NCBI GenBank assembly: GCA_965209155.1 | Contig: OZ242383.1 | Location: forward strand, 4,160,001 to 4,224,000 | Source of the DNA: a bacterium | GTDB lineage: Bacteria > SAR324 > NAC60-12 | Length of the DNA stretch: 64,000 bases | Direction: 5' to 3' | In this document: piece by piece, positions 8,359-17,591 of the stretch | How the letters are laid out: each line of letters begins with the position of its first letter | Position numbering within the stretch: position 1 is the first letter of the stretch | Made by a program: the position numbers and the translations under genes | The notes under the pieces: generated by a model | Seen by the model: the letters and a program-made list of their open reading frames with translations, nothing else | Database searches by the model: none | Told to the model about the DNA's origin: nothing

Positions 8359-9792
8359 ATGGTTCGCTTACGTTTCGCTCCCAGTCCCACCGGCTACCTG
8401 CATCTAGGAGGATTACGCACGGCATTGTTCAGTTATTTGTATGCCAGGCAGCAAAAGGGATCCTTCATTTTTCGTTTGGAAGACACCGACCGGGATCGAT
8501 TTGTAGAGGGAGCGGAAGCGAATTTGTTGAAAATGCTCAGTTGGGGAGGTCTTCAAATCGATGAAGGAGGCAACCTGGGAGGAGCATACGGACCTTATCG
8601 ACAATCAGAAAGGCTTTCCCTCTATCATCGATATGGTCAGGCATTGTTGCAGTCTGAAAATGCTTATTATTGTTTCTGCGCACCGGGCACCCTGAAAGCT
8701 ATGAAAGATGAACAAAAAAAACGGGGATTGTCCACGCGTTATGACGGGCGATGCCGCAATTTATCTGACCAGCAAGTGAAACGATACGTAGCTGCAAAAA
8801 TTCCTCGAGTATTGCGAATGAAGATTCCGCAAAATGAAACCATCGAGATGCCAGATATGCTGCGCGGTTCAGTATCCATCGATACTTGTCAACTGGATGA
8901 CCAGGTGCTCATCAAAGCGGATGGCTTCCCGACTTATCACCTGGCAGTTGTAGTAGACGACCATTTGATGAGGATCACCCACGTGATACGAGGGGAAGAA
9001 TGGCTCCCCTCTTTTCCAAAACATATTTTACTTTTCCGTTTTTTCAACTGGGAACCTCCCCGATTTGTCCATCTACCTTTGATATTGAATGAGGATCGTA
9101 GCAAATTGAGCAAACGTCAGGGAGACATTGCGGTGGAAGAATATCAAAAACAAGGATACCTCGCAGAAGCCCTCGTGAACTTTGTTGCCTTGTTGGGTTG
9201 GAGCAGTGGCGATGATCAGGAAATATTCACACGTGAGGAGTTGATTGAAAAATTCAGTTTCGAGGCAATTGGAAAATCAGGGGCTGTTTTCAATCGCGCG
9301 AAACTCGATTGGATGAATCAGCAATATATCAGGAATTTGCCACCAGAGGATTTATTTGAACGTTTAAAACCGTATATCCGGGAAACTGCATATGCCGATC
9401 AAAATGAGGATCAATTGAAAAAAATATGCGCGGTTCTTCAACCGAGATTGGTAGTTTTGTCCGATATTCAAAAAAGGCTTCCTCTATTTTTTGAAGAAAA
9501 ACCGTTATTGAGGGATACTCATCTGATAGAAGCTTTGCGAAAAGAAAATTCTCGCATTGTGATGGAGGCCTTTCAAAAACAACTCGATAAAAACGAGGAA
9601 GTGACGGTGGGAGGATTTTCCGAAATGATGAAAACCGTCCAGAGAACCACCGGAGTGAAAGGAAAGGATCTTTGGATGCCGATTCGATGTGCCATCACCT
9701 TGGAGGAACAGGGACCTGAACTTGCTGCGGTTGCCGCAATCTTTGGCAAGCGCAAGTGTCTGCGTATGATTGAGCAGGCACTCCGTCTCTGA
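8359..9792 (+). CDS. gltX: Glutamate--tRNA ligase
   Basis: RFAPSPTGYLHLGG (HIGH motif), KLSKR (KMSKS motif), VVDDH. Confidence 0.96.
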   Translation: MVRLRFAPSPTGYLHLGGLRTALFSYLYARQQKGSFIFRLEDTDRDRFVEGAEANLLKMLSWGGLQIDEGGNLGGAYGPYRQSERLSLYHRYGQALLQSENAYYCFCAPGTLKAMKDEQKKRGLSTRYDGRCRNLSDQQVKRYVAAKIPRVLRMKIPQNETIEMPDMLRGSVSIDTCQLDDQVLIKADGFPTYHLAVVVDDHLMRITHVIRGEEWLPSFPKHILLFRFFNWEPPRFVHLPLILNEDRSKLSKRQGDIAVEEYQKQGYLAEALVNFVALLGWSSGDDQEIFTREELIEKFSFEAIGKSGAVFNRAKLDWMNQQYIRNLPPEDLFERLKPYIRETAYADQNEDQLKKICAVLQPRLVVLSDIQKRLPLFFEEKPLLRDTHLIEALRKENSRIVMEAFQKQLDKNEEVTVGGFSEMMKTVQRTTGVKGKDLWMPIRCAITLEEQGPELAAVAAIFGKRKCLRMIEQALRL

Positions 9793-9898
9793 TGAGTCAA
9801 TTCAGGTTTTAACGTCTCATCCAATACGTTTTTCAATTTTTTCTTATTTCAGTTCTCTATACTTTTTAAAAACTTTTAATAGTTTGTAAAGGCTCTCC

Positions 9899-12223
9899 TT
9901 GAAATCAACCTGGATGGAATCACTTAATCATTTTAAGTCAAGGGTCATAGCAATTGGATCTTGTCTCTTCTGTACAGGATTTATCTCATTGACTATCGCT
10001 CATGTTTACGGGCAGACCATGAATGATTGGAGACAAACCGTCGACGAACTCGGAGAGATGATGATCATTGAGTCTCTCAAAGAACAACGAAGCGACTCAC
10101 TGGTTATTGTCGCCGGGATACTGAATTATAATACAGGAAAAAGAGATCTCTTGAGTGATGTGCTGGAAACCCACCTGATCGAGATCCTAAATCAGAAGGG
10201 AAAGTATCCCCTTGTTGAATATTCTCAAATCCAGTCGCATCGAAAAGAGTGGTTAGAATTATTTCCGGACTCCTCTCCGGAGGAAACCAGTCAGGAAATT
10301 GCCAGTCTACTTGGAGCGGATTGGTCCGTAACAGGGGTCTATTGGATAAAAGAAGAGCAATTTGAATTGCAGTTGAAACTGTATGAATCAGAAACTGGTC
10401 GAGTGATTTGGCAAGGGCAAACTGAATCTTTCGCAGAAAAATTAAAAGAACCTGAATTAAAAATTTCACAGACTCGAGAACCAGAGCAGGAGGTCGAATT
10501 AGTCCGGGAAATTTTGCCCGCTGAAATGGTCGATTCTGAAATGGAAGAGGCTTCCGGAATGATTCCTCAAACTGAACCAGTTGAATCGGGAGCCTCCGAA
10601 ATGGAAGGAAGCGTCGACACGGTTCCAGAGGATTCGCATATCGAAACTGCCGTTACCCCAAGCGAGGCATCAACGGCAGTAACCGAAACAGAAAAAGATG
10701 CTGGCTCTTTCCCTGAAGAAACGCCCGTAGACGTGCCTGTTTCCGAAACCGGGCAAATCGTAGATTCGATCCCCGAATATTTGACGGCCGGAACCGGTGT
10801 TTCGGAAAATGAACAAGTCACGGATATAACTTCCGAAATGACTCGAGATGAAACGTCAGTTGCTGGTAGCGAACCGGGTGCTGAAACGATCTCCGGGGAA
10901 GGTCCCGTTGAATCTGCTTTCGATGAATCCGCCACCGTTTCGGAAGCACCTTCTCGAGTTGCGCATTCGGAAACTGCAGTCACGCAATCCCGGCAAGGTT
11001 TTGATCCGGCCCCCGAAAAAATAACTACCCAGGCAACAGCATTCGAAAGCGGCATACCACCCGGATTTATTCCATTATTCGTAGTTTCGTCTTCTTCCCG
11101 GTCTGGACAATTGAAAGGCTCGGAGCAGGCGAAAGAATATTCGGAAGCACCTCCTCGAGTTGCGCATTCGGAGACCGCAGTCATGCAATCCCGGCAAGGT
11201 ATTGATCCGGCCCCCGAAAAAATATCTACCCAGGCAACGGCATTCGAAAGCGGCATCCCACCCGGATTTATTCCATTATTCGTAGTTTCGTCTTCTTCCC
11301 GGTCTGGACAATTGAAAGGCTCGGAGCAGGCGAAAGAACATTCGGATGAATTGGCTTATATCGGTACTGATGAATCAAGAGTTTCTCGGGAGGAAGAAAG
11401 TATTGATTCTGTAGAGGCAGCAATTTCAGAAAGGGATCAGGATCAAATTCGGCAAATGGAAGGTATGGTTTTAGTGCCGGAGGGACGATTTTTTATGGGC
11501 AGTAAGAAGGGTGAGGAAAATGAAAAGCCAGTGCATTCGGTGTACCTGCTCAGTTATTTTATTGACTCGCATGAAGTCACAAACAAGGAGTTTGCGCGTT
11601 GTGATCATTGTGAGAGGGGCAAAGGAGGTTTTGACACCACGGAGCCGGATCAACCCGTCGTCTATGTTGATTGGCAAAATGCTGAAGCATATTGCCGATT
11701 TGTGGGCAAAAGGCTTCCCACGGAGGAGGAGTGGGAAAACAGCGCCCGCGCGGGAAGTCAAACGGAATATTCATTCGGAAATGAGCAACAACTCGCCACC
11801 TACGCATGGTACGAAGACAATGCGGAACGGGTGGGAGAACGTTATGCGCACACTGTGGGAACAAAAAAACCCAATGCCTGGAAAATTTTTGATATGCACG
11901 GCAATGTCATGGAGTGGACCAGTGATCGCTACGTGGTGGATTATTATCAAAAATTGGAGGATAGCAAACCCTGGCATATGTTCAATTACTATTTTCACCC
12001 GGAAAATGACCATCCTTTCAAACCGAATATGCCCCCTGAAGATGAAACCCCGATGCGCGTTGTCAGAGGTGGTGCCTGGGGAGGGGCGTTTGGCACGGGA
12101 AAGGCGCGCCAGCTTCGGTCGGCAAAACGTTTCGCAGTTAAGCCCTGGGTTCGTTCATTTTTGATTGGATTTCGTTGTGCCACGGATTGGAACCCTTTTT
12201 TTAATCAAAACGAAAATCGCTAA
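9899..12223 (+). CDS. Formylglycine-generating-enzyme (SUMF1/EgtB/PvdO) domain protein with N-terminal periplasmic domain and long acidic linker
   Basis: C-terminal FFMGS, IDSHEVTN, PVVYVDW, RLPTEEEWE, DMHGNVMEW, VVRGGAW and IGFRC motifs. Confidence 0.88.
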   Translation: MKSTWMESLNHFKSRVIAIGSCLFCTGFISLTIAHVYGQTMNDWRQTVDELGEMMIIESLKEQRSDSLVIVAGILNYNTGKRDLLSDVLETHLIEILNQKGKYPLVEYSQIQSHRKEWLELFPDSSPEETSQEIASLLGADWSVTGVYWIKEEQFELQLKLYESETGRVIWQGQTESFAEKLKEPELKISQTREPEQEVELVREILPAEMVDSEMEEASGMIPQTEPVESGASEMEGSVDTVPEDSHIETAVTPSEASTAVTETEKDAGSFPEETPVDVPVSETGQIVDSIPEYLTAGTGVSENEQVTDITSEMTRDETSVAGSEPGAETISGEGPVESAFDESATVSEAPSRVAHSETAVTQSRQGFDPAPEKITTQATAFESGIPPGFIPLFVVSSSSRSGQLKGSEQAKEYSEAPPRVAHSETAVMQSRQGIDPAPEKISTQATAFESGIPPGFIPLFVVSSSSRSGQLKGSEQAKEHSDELAYIGTDESRVSREEESIDSVEAAISERDQDQIRQMEGMVLVPEGRFFMGSKKGEENEKPVHSVYLLSYFIDSHEVTNKEFARCDHCERGKGGFDTTEPDQPVVYVDWQNAEAYCRFVGKRLPTEEEWENSARAGSQTEYSFGNEQQLATYAWYEDNAERVGERYAHTVGTKKPNAWKIFDMHGNVMEWTSDRYVVDYYQKLEDSKPWHMFNYYFHPENDHPFKPNMPPEDETPMRVVRGGAWGGAFGTGKARQLRSAKRFAVKPWVRSFLIGFRCATDWNPFFNQNENR
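10940..11345 (+). repeat. In-frame tandem duplication, 2 x 201 bp (67 aa)
   Basis: SEAPxRVAHSETAV...GSEQAKE occurs twice with few substitutions. Confidence 0.95.
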
Positions 12224-12274
12224 TATAAAAGAATTTGGATCATTGAGGTTATGCTTCGGGGTCCTCGTGAAAAT

Positions 12275-13615
12275 TCATGGCAGCACCGATTGGATGAGAG
12301 TGAAACATTTTGCAGTTGCACCGCCTTGGGAACCGATTACGCGTGCCGCTTCTTTTCCAAGTTTTGAACAAAAATCACGGTCGCGCAGTAAGCGAAACAA
12401 TAGTTCGCTGAATTCTTCCTCGTGTTTTATCGTAAATGCCAGACCTTTATTTAAAAGATCGACCGATTCGGGAGAGTTGTCATAGCGGGGGCCAAAGATA
12501 ACCGGAAGGCCCATCACGCAAGGTTCCAATACGTTATGTACTCCCTTGGTGAACGCTCCTCCCACATAGGCCAGATTGCCAATACGATACAAAGAAGACA
12601 GCACTCCAAGCCGGTCCACCAGGATGACGTGTGGAACTTCTTTTGGTTTTTCATGTAAGCGACTGAAGCGTTCGATCTTGAAATCGTGGAAAAATGATTC
12701 CGCATGAACCAGATGTTCCTCGCTGGGTTCATGAGGAACAATGATCAACATCAAATCTGCGAATTTTTTCAAAGCTTGTGATAAGCCGGGAAAGACGCGC
12801 TTCTCTCCTGCAGGCCAACTACTTCCTGCAATAAAGACGAATTTGTCATCAATATTGAAAGGCAATCGTGGGATCGGAAGGTGAAGTTTGCGTGTCAAAA
12901 CGCTGTCAAATCGCGTATCACCCGTTACTTGAATGTTGGAATGTTGCGGAACGCAATCCCGAAATCGCCGCGCGTCATCTTCCGAGACTGTAAAAATACC
13001 ATCCAAACTTGAATATATCGTAGCGTATAACGAGCGACCTATGGCAGAAGCGACACGAAAAGAACGGGATCGCAGCGTTGCCGAGATAAGAAACTGCGGC
13101 ACACCGGCAGCATGCGCGTTCCAGACTAAGTTGGGCCATAAATCATATCTGACGTAGACAATCGCGGACGGTTTCAATGTAGCCAACAGACGTCTCACGA
13201 CTTTTGGAAAATCATGTGGGAGATATTCGGCAACAACCGGCTGTAGTCGGACGGAAGAATCGCATTCATTCGATTGCGTTCGTTTGCACCATTCGTAACC
13301 CGAAACAGAACTGAATGTAACAGCGCAATCATAGCCTTCCCGGATAAATTTTTTCATCAGTGGTTCCCCTTGCAGGTATTCTCCCGCACTGGCAACATGA
13401 AACCAGATCAAAGGTATTTGGGAATTGCGCTGTAATATTTGTTCGTCCAGGCGTTTCCAGATCCCTTTTTTACCTGCAAGGCTTTCTTTGATTTTTTGAT
13501 CCTTGAAGGAAACAAAACGCAGGACCACTAAAATCAAAGGAAATAAAAACCAAGTGTAGAAGAAATTCCAGATTTGTCTTTCCATGTATGGGACATTCTC
13601 AGGAATTTTCATCAA
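12275..13615 (-). CDS. waaA: 3-deoxy-D-manno-octulosonic acid (Kdo) transferase
   Basis: IWFHVASAGE, YLPHD, GDTRFD, IVPHEP, HNVLEP and IFGP motifs. Confidence 0.88.
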   Translation of the reverse strand: MMKIPENVPYMERQIWNFFYTWFLFPLILVVLRFVSFKDQKIKESLAGKKGIWKRLDEQILQRNSQIPLIWFHVASAGEYLQGEPLMKKFIREGYDCAVTFSSVSGYEWCKRTQSNECDSSVRLQPVVAEYLPHDFPKVVRRLLATLKPSAIVYVRYDLWPNLVWNAHAAGVPQFLISATLRSRSFRVASAIGRSLYATIYSSLDGIFTVSEDDARRFRDCVPQHSNIQVTGDTRFDSVLTRKLHLPIPRLPFNIDDKFVFIAGSSWPAGEKRVFPGLSQALKKFADLMLIIVPHEPSEEHLVHAESFFHDFKIERFSRLHEKPKEVPHVILVDRLGVLSSLYRIGNLAYVGGAFTKGVHNVLEPCVMGLPVIFGPRYDNSPESVDLLNKGLAFTIKHEEEFSELLFRLLRDRDFCSKLGKEAARVIGSQGGATAKCFTLIQSVLP

Positions 13616-13780
13616 AAGAGCTGGATTGGAACATTATGTGCCTCTATAAGGATCACTCGGTTGAATCGTAAATCAGCGATAATAAGGATGCTGAAATCAA
13701 TAACTCGATGGGATGTATTCCTCCAAAACATGATCCCCATTTTGACAGCAATTTTTTCAATTTTCAATGAGGGGATCTAA

Positions 13781-14299
13781 TTATTTATTGTTTGGAGACT
13801 CCAAATCCATCGGACTTTCTCTTTCTTTATGCAATCCGTTTTTATTTTGAGGAAACGAAGAATCACCAGGTGTATTTTTTTCAAATTCCAATAGTTTTTC
13901 CGTGGAAGGGAGTTCCGGGGGAATTTCTGTCCGTATCCTCCCCTGAAAAACACCCCCACGAGCTATAAACAATCGACCCGGTGGAGTAAAAATTTTTCCT
14001 GCGATTTGTCCTTCAGAAAGCACGGTGACACGTCCTTGCGTAATCAATTCACCTTCCATTCGCCCATTGACGATAAGATTTGGACCGCGCACCGTCCCGA
14101 ATACCCGAGCGGAATTACCAATCGTAATACTGTCATTACCGTCTATCACTCCGTGACAATTTCCTTCAATGCGAATGGGGCCTTCAGAATGAATCTTGCC
14201 TTCGAATTCGACATCGGGTCCGATATAATTGATAGGTTCTTTGATACGTTCATTCATGGAGATGCTTTCCCAAATGGCTTCTATTTTTTGCGTCTTCAC
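13781..14299 (-). CDS. Bactofilin / polymer-forming cytoskeletal protein
   Basis: IGPDVEFEGKI...IRIEG...ITIG...VFG...IVNGRMEG beta-helix pattern. Confidence 0.88.
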   Translation of the reverse strand: MKTQKIEAIWESISMNERIKEPINYIGPDVEFEGKIHSEGPIRIEGNCHGVIDGNDSITIGNSARVFGTVRGPNLIVNGRMEGELITQGRVTVLSEGQIAGKIFTPPGRLFIARGGVFQGRIRTEIPPELPSTEKLLEFEKNTPGDSSFPQNKNGLHKERESPMDLESPNNK

Positions 14300-14415
14300 A
14301 TCCCTGTTCCTTTCCAGTAAAATTTTGAGGGTTGGAATGAGACGCCCCAGGATCTCATCATGGCTTTGAGATCATTCCTAACATTTTATAAGATTGAACG
14401 GCAAGTAAAAGGAGC

Positions 14416-14949
14416 ATGGTTATGCAAGAAAAAGTAGAAATTGTTCAAGGGGATATTACCAGGCTGAACGTGGATGCCATTGTCAATGCTGCCAACAATT
14501 CTCTCTTGGGTGGCGGAGGAGTCGACGGTGCGATTCATCGGGCTGCTGGCCCGAAATTACGGGATGAATGCCGCCGGTTGCGTGGTTGTCCCACGGGGGA
14601 AGCGAAAATTACCAAAGGATTTGATTTGCCTGCGCGTTTTGTCATTCATACCGTGGGACCGGTCTGGAAAGGCGGGACGGAGGGAGAATCTCGCAAACTG
14701 GCTTCTTGTTATCAGAATTGTTTTGCTTTCGTTCGTCAATTCAATATCAAAACCATCGCCTTCCCTGCAATCAGTACCGGGGCGTATGGTTATCCGGTAG
14801 AACATTCCGCACGCCTTGCACTGAATGAAACGCTGAAATTCTTGAAACACGAATCACCCTTACAAAAAGTGACTTTTATTTGTTTTCTTCAAGACGTCTA
14901 TCAGTCATATCTCGAGGTGATGGAGAAACTTTTCCATGGAGAATCATAA
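14416..14949 (+). CDS. Macro-domain O-acetyl-ADP-ribose deacetylase (YmdB-like)
   Basis: GDIT, NAANNSLLGGGGVDGAIHRAAG, HTVGP, AFPAISTGAYG. Confidence 0.94.
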   Translation: MVMQEKVEIVQGDITRLNVDAIVNAANNSLLGGGGVDGAIHRAAGPKLRDECRRLRGCPTGEAKITKGFDLPARFVIHTVGPVWKGGTEGESRKLASCYQNCFAFVRQFNIKTIAFPAISTGAYGYPVEHSARLALNETLKFLKHESPLQKVTFICFLQDVYQSYLEVMEKLFHGES

Positions 14950-15123
14950 ATTCTTGTTCTGAAATGTCCGGTAGAAGAATTTGATGAAAATTTCAATTCC
15001 TTAGTGAGTCAGCAAGCAGCTTCAATGGCAAGGGGAATAGAATTTGAACATTTATTGCATGGGTTGGAACATAGGATCACAACGAGTATTGAGAAACATG
15101 CCCGAATATTTCTTGAAAGTTGT

Positions 15124-15199
15124 TGGAGCCCACGACGGGACTTGAACCTGCGACCTGCTCATTACGAATGAGCTGCTCTACCAGCTGAGCTACATGGGC
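15124..15199 (-). tRNA. tRNA-Thr(CGT)
   Basis: GCCCATGTAGCTCAGCTGGTAGAGCAGCTCATT-CGT-AATGAGCAGGTCGCAGGTTCAAGTCCCGTCGTGGGCTCCA; cloverleaf with encoded CCA. Confidence 0.97.
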
Positions 15200-15289
15200 A
15201 TCCAGAAAAACTTTATGCGCTTTCAATAAAATTGTCAACCGCCATACAGGCGGTAATTTGGCTCCCTCTTCCAGGAACGATTGAATCAA

Positions 15290-16165
15290 ATGGCAGTATC
15301 GATGACAGGATTCGGGTCAGGCACGGTGAATCAAGAAAATTGGCAGTGCACGACTGAAATTCGAAGCGTGAACTACCGTTATTTAGATGTCACCATTCGA
15401 CTGCCCAACGGCTTCCAGAAATTATCGCCTCCTCTCAAACAACTCATCCAAAATAAATGTCATCGCGGAAAAGTCGATTGCAGCATTTCAATATCAAGTG
15501 CGGAACAAAGGAATAGTGCGCTATACTTGAATGCCGAACTTGCAAAAAACTACAAGACCCTTTTGGAGGAATTCCGGAATTTGACTCAATTGCCAATTTC
15601 TATCAGTTTGTCCGACCTTCTCAAAGTCGAGGAATTGATTCAAATACCTCAACCGGACCCCGAATCCGATTTTTTTTCAGGGTTGATCTTTCAATCCCTG
15701 GAAAAAGCTCTTACTCAACTGAAAGATATGCGAATCCGAGAAGGCAGTTCTCTTTTAACGGACATTAAGGAACGATTGTCGACGTGTAATTCGCTCTTGA
15801 ACAAAATGGATGTCATAGCCAGGGAATTGCCTTCCCAATATTATCAGCGATTGTGCGAAAGATTGACCACATTGGATACCCACCTCGATATCAATCAGGA
15901 TCGCGTACATCAAGAGCTAGCCCTTTTTGTCGACCGTAGTGACGTAACGGAAGAAATTATCCGACTGCGTACTCACCTGACTCATATGAAAAGCGTTCTC
16001 CAGGAAGATGAAGTGGGTCGAAGGGTAGATTTTTTATTACAAGAGTGCAATCGGGAAATCAATACGGTTGCTTCAAAAAGTAACAATGCTCCCATCAGTC
16101 AACTGGTTGTCGAGATTAAAGGGCAACTCGAGAAAATACGCGAACAAATTCAGAATATTGAATAA
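15290..16165 (+). CDS. yicC: YicC/YloC family endoribonuclease
   Basis: SMTGFG, EIRSVNYRYLD, DVTEEIIRL, GRRVDFLLQECNREINTVASK, EKIREQIQNIE. Confidence 0.92.
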   Translation: MAVSMTGFGSGTVNQENWQCTTEIRSVNYRYLDVTIRLPNGFQKLSPPLKQLIQNKCHRGKVDCSISISSAEQRNSALYLNAELAKNYKTLLEEFRNLTQLPISISLSDLLKVEELIQIPQPDPESDFFSGLIFQSLEKALTQLKDMRIREGSSLLTDIKERLSTCNSLLNKMDVIARELPSQYYQRLCERLTTLDTHLDINQDRVHQELALFVDRSDVTEEIIRLRTHLTHMKSVLQEDEVGRRVDFLLQECNREINTVASKSNNAPISQLVVEIKGQLEKIREQIQNIE

Positions 16166-16211
16166 CCTCCACCGGGTGGTGCGTTCTTGACGGCGCAATT
16201 CAGGAGAGACC

Positions 16212-16769
16212 ATGAAAATCACACTGGCAGGGGTTCCCGGATCAGGAAAATCGACACTACGACGTCTTCTCGCCAATCACTTTCACCTCACCGTCAAAGG
16301 AATTGGTGATTTCATGAGAAGCATTGCTCTCCAGTCCGGATTTGACGACATTACAAAATTTTTAGTGGAGCATGTTTCAAACCATCCGGAAATAGATCGT
16401 GAAATCGATGAAGAACAAAGACGATTTGGCGTAGAGAATCAAAACTTCGTCTTGGATTCTCATTTGGGATTTTTATTTGTGCCGGACTCTATTAAAATAT
16501 TTCTAAAATGCCATCCACAAGTCGCTGCCCAACGTATTTTTAGCGCCAAACGAGTTACGGAGGCTGCGCAAGACCTGCATTCAGTGATGTGTGCTAATCG
16601 GCAACGCATCCTGACTATGAAGTGCAATTTCAAGAAACTGTATGATGTGGATTGTTATCAAGAGTCGAATTTTGACTTTGTTCTCGATACTACCAATTTG
16701 AACCCTGCAGAGGTATCGAAACATGCTGTCAACTTTATCGAATCTTACGTGAAGTCTCCCAAGCAGTAA
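16212..16769 (+). CDS. Cytidylate kinase-like P-loop kinase (archaeal-type Cmk)
   Basis: ITLAGVPGSGKST P-loop, IDREIDE, DFVLDTT. Confidence 0.8.
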   Translation: MKITLAGVPGSGKSTLRRLLANHFHLTVKGIGDFMRSIALQSGFDDITKFLVEHVSNHPEIDREIDEEQRRFGVENQNFVLDSHLGFLFVPDSIKIFLKCHPQVAAQRIFSAKRVTEAAQDLHSVMCANRQRILTMKCNFKKLYDVDCYQESNFDFVLDTTNLNPAEVSKHAVNFIESYVKSPKQ

Positions 16770-16895
16770 CGAAGAACTGTATTCAAAACCGGACTCTCTG
16801 CATTCGCAAGCTCAAATATAGATCTTTTTTTTATACGGATTTGACTAAAAATAATCTTGTATTTTAAATTTCGAATGCTAGCATTTCGTAACTGT

Positions 16896-16973
16896 CGGGG
16901 TATAGCGCAGTCTGGCTAGCGCACCTGCTTTGGGAGCAGGGGGTCGTCAGTTCGAATCTGACTACCCCGACCA
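16896..16973 (+). tRNA. tRNA-Pro(TGG)
   Basis: CGGGGTATAGCGCAGTCTGGCTAGCGCACCTGCTT-TGG-GAGCAGGGGGTCGTCAGTTCGAATCTGACTACCCCGACCA. Confidence 0.97.
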
Positions 16974-17052
16974 GATTCTACGGGCCTTCCAGAAGATCTT
17001 CATTTTCCTGTTTTCTCTTCTACTGACCAAATATTATCAATTTAGTAACTAT

Positions 17053-17490
17053 GTAACTATTCGGGTCACTGAAAAATCCGTTCAGTTAAATATCATTAAA
17101 AAAGATTCCCGGAGAGGACCGATCGTTTTCAAGTCCTCCCACGATATGGTTCCATCGACCGGGAACCCTCTTTTTCACTAAAACAACATTGTGAAGGTAT
17201 GGTTTTAACACTTCTACTACTTACGCAATGTCAACCCCCAAATGAAAAAAATGCAGGATTCGTAAAAAAAATGAAAAATCTATCAATCAGGGAGATCCGC
17301 TTCTTTATGATCATGAGCCAAAAAGCGAAGGTTCACTCCACAATCCAGTGTTTTTTCCAATGGCGATAATGATCGTAAACGCTTTGCCAGGGAGGTAAAT
17401 CAGAGTGCTGAGCGCTCTTGCTTTCAAGGCTCTCGTTCTTTTTCAAAGAGTTGACAGGCTTCTTGAAGAGCCTCGAGGTGGGGAATCGAT
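17053..17490 (+). repeat. Dispersed repeat family A, copy 2 (longest), 80 bp downstream of tRNA-Pro
   Basis: Aligns with 41406-41740 over its length apart from an indel; GTAACTAT is locally duplicated at its edge. Confidence 0.9.
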
Positions 17491-17591
17491 GAGACAATAA
17501 ATTCACTTGAGGAACCAGGAAATAATGATTAGAGTCAACTGCTGTCTTTCATTGAAAAGAGGAGCCGTGGGATATCCTCCCTGATCCATCG

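Noticed and set aside
16896..17490. Integrative element at tRNA-Pro
   Set aside because: No integrase and no duplicated tRNA 3' end found; only a repeat-A copy follows.
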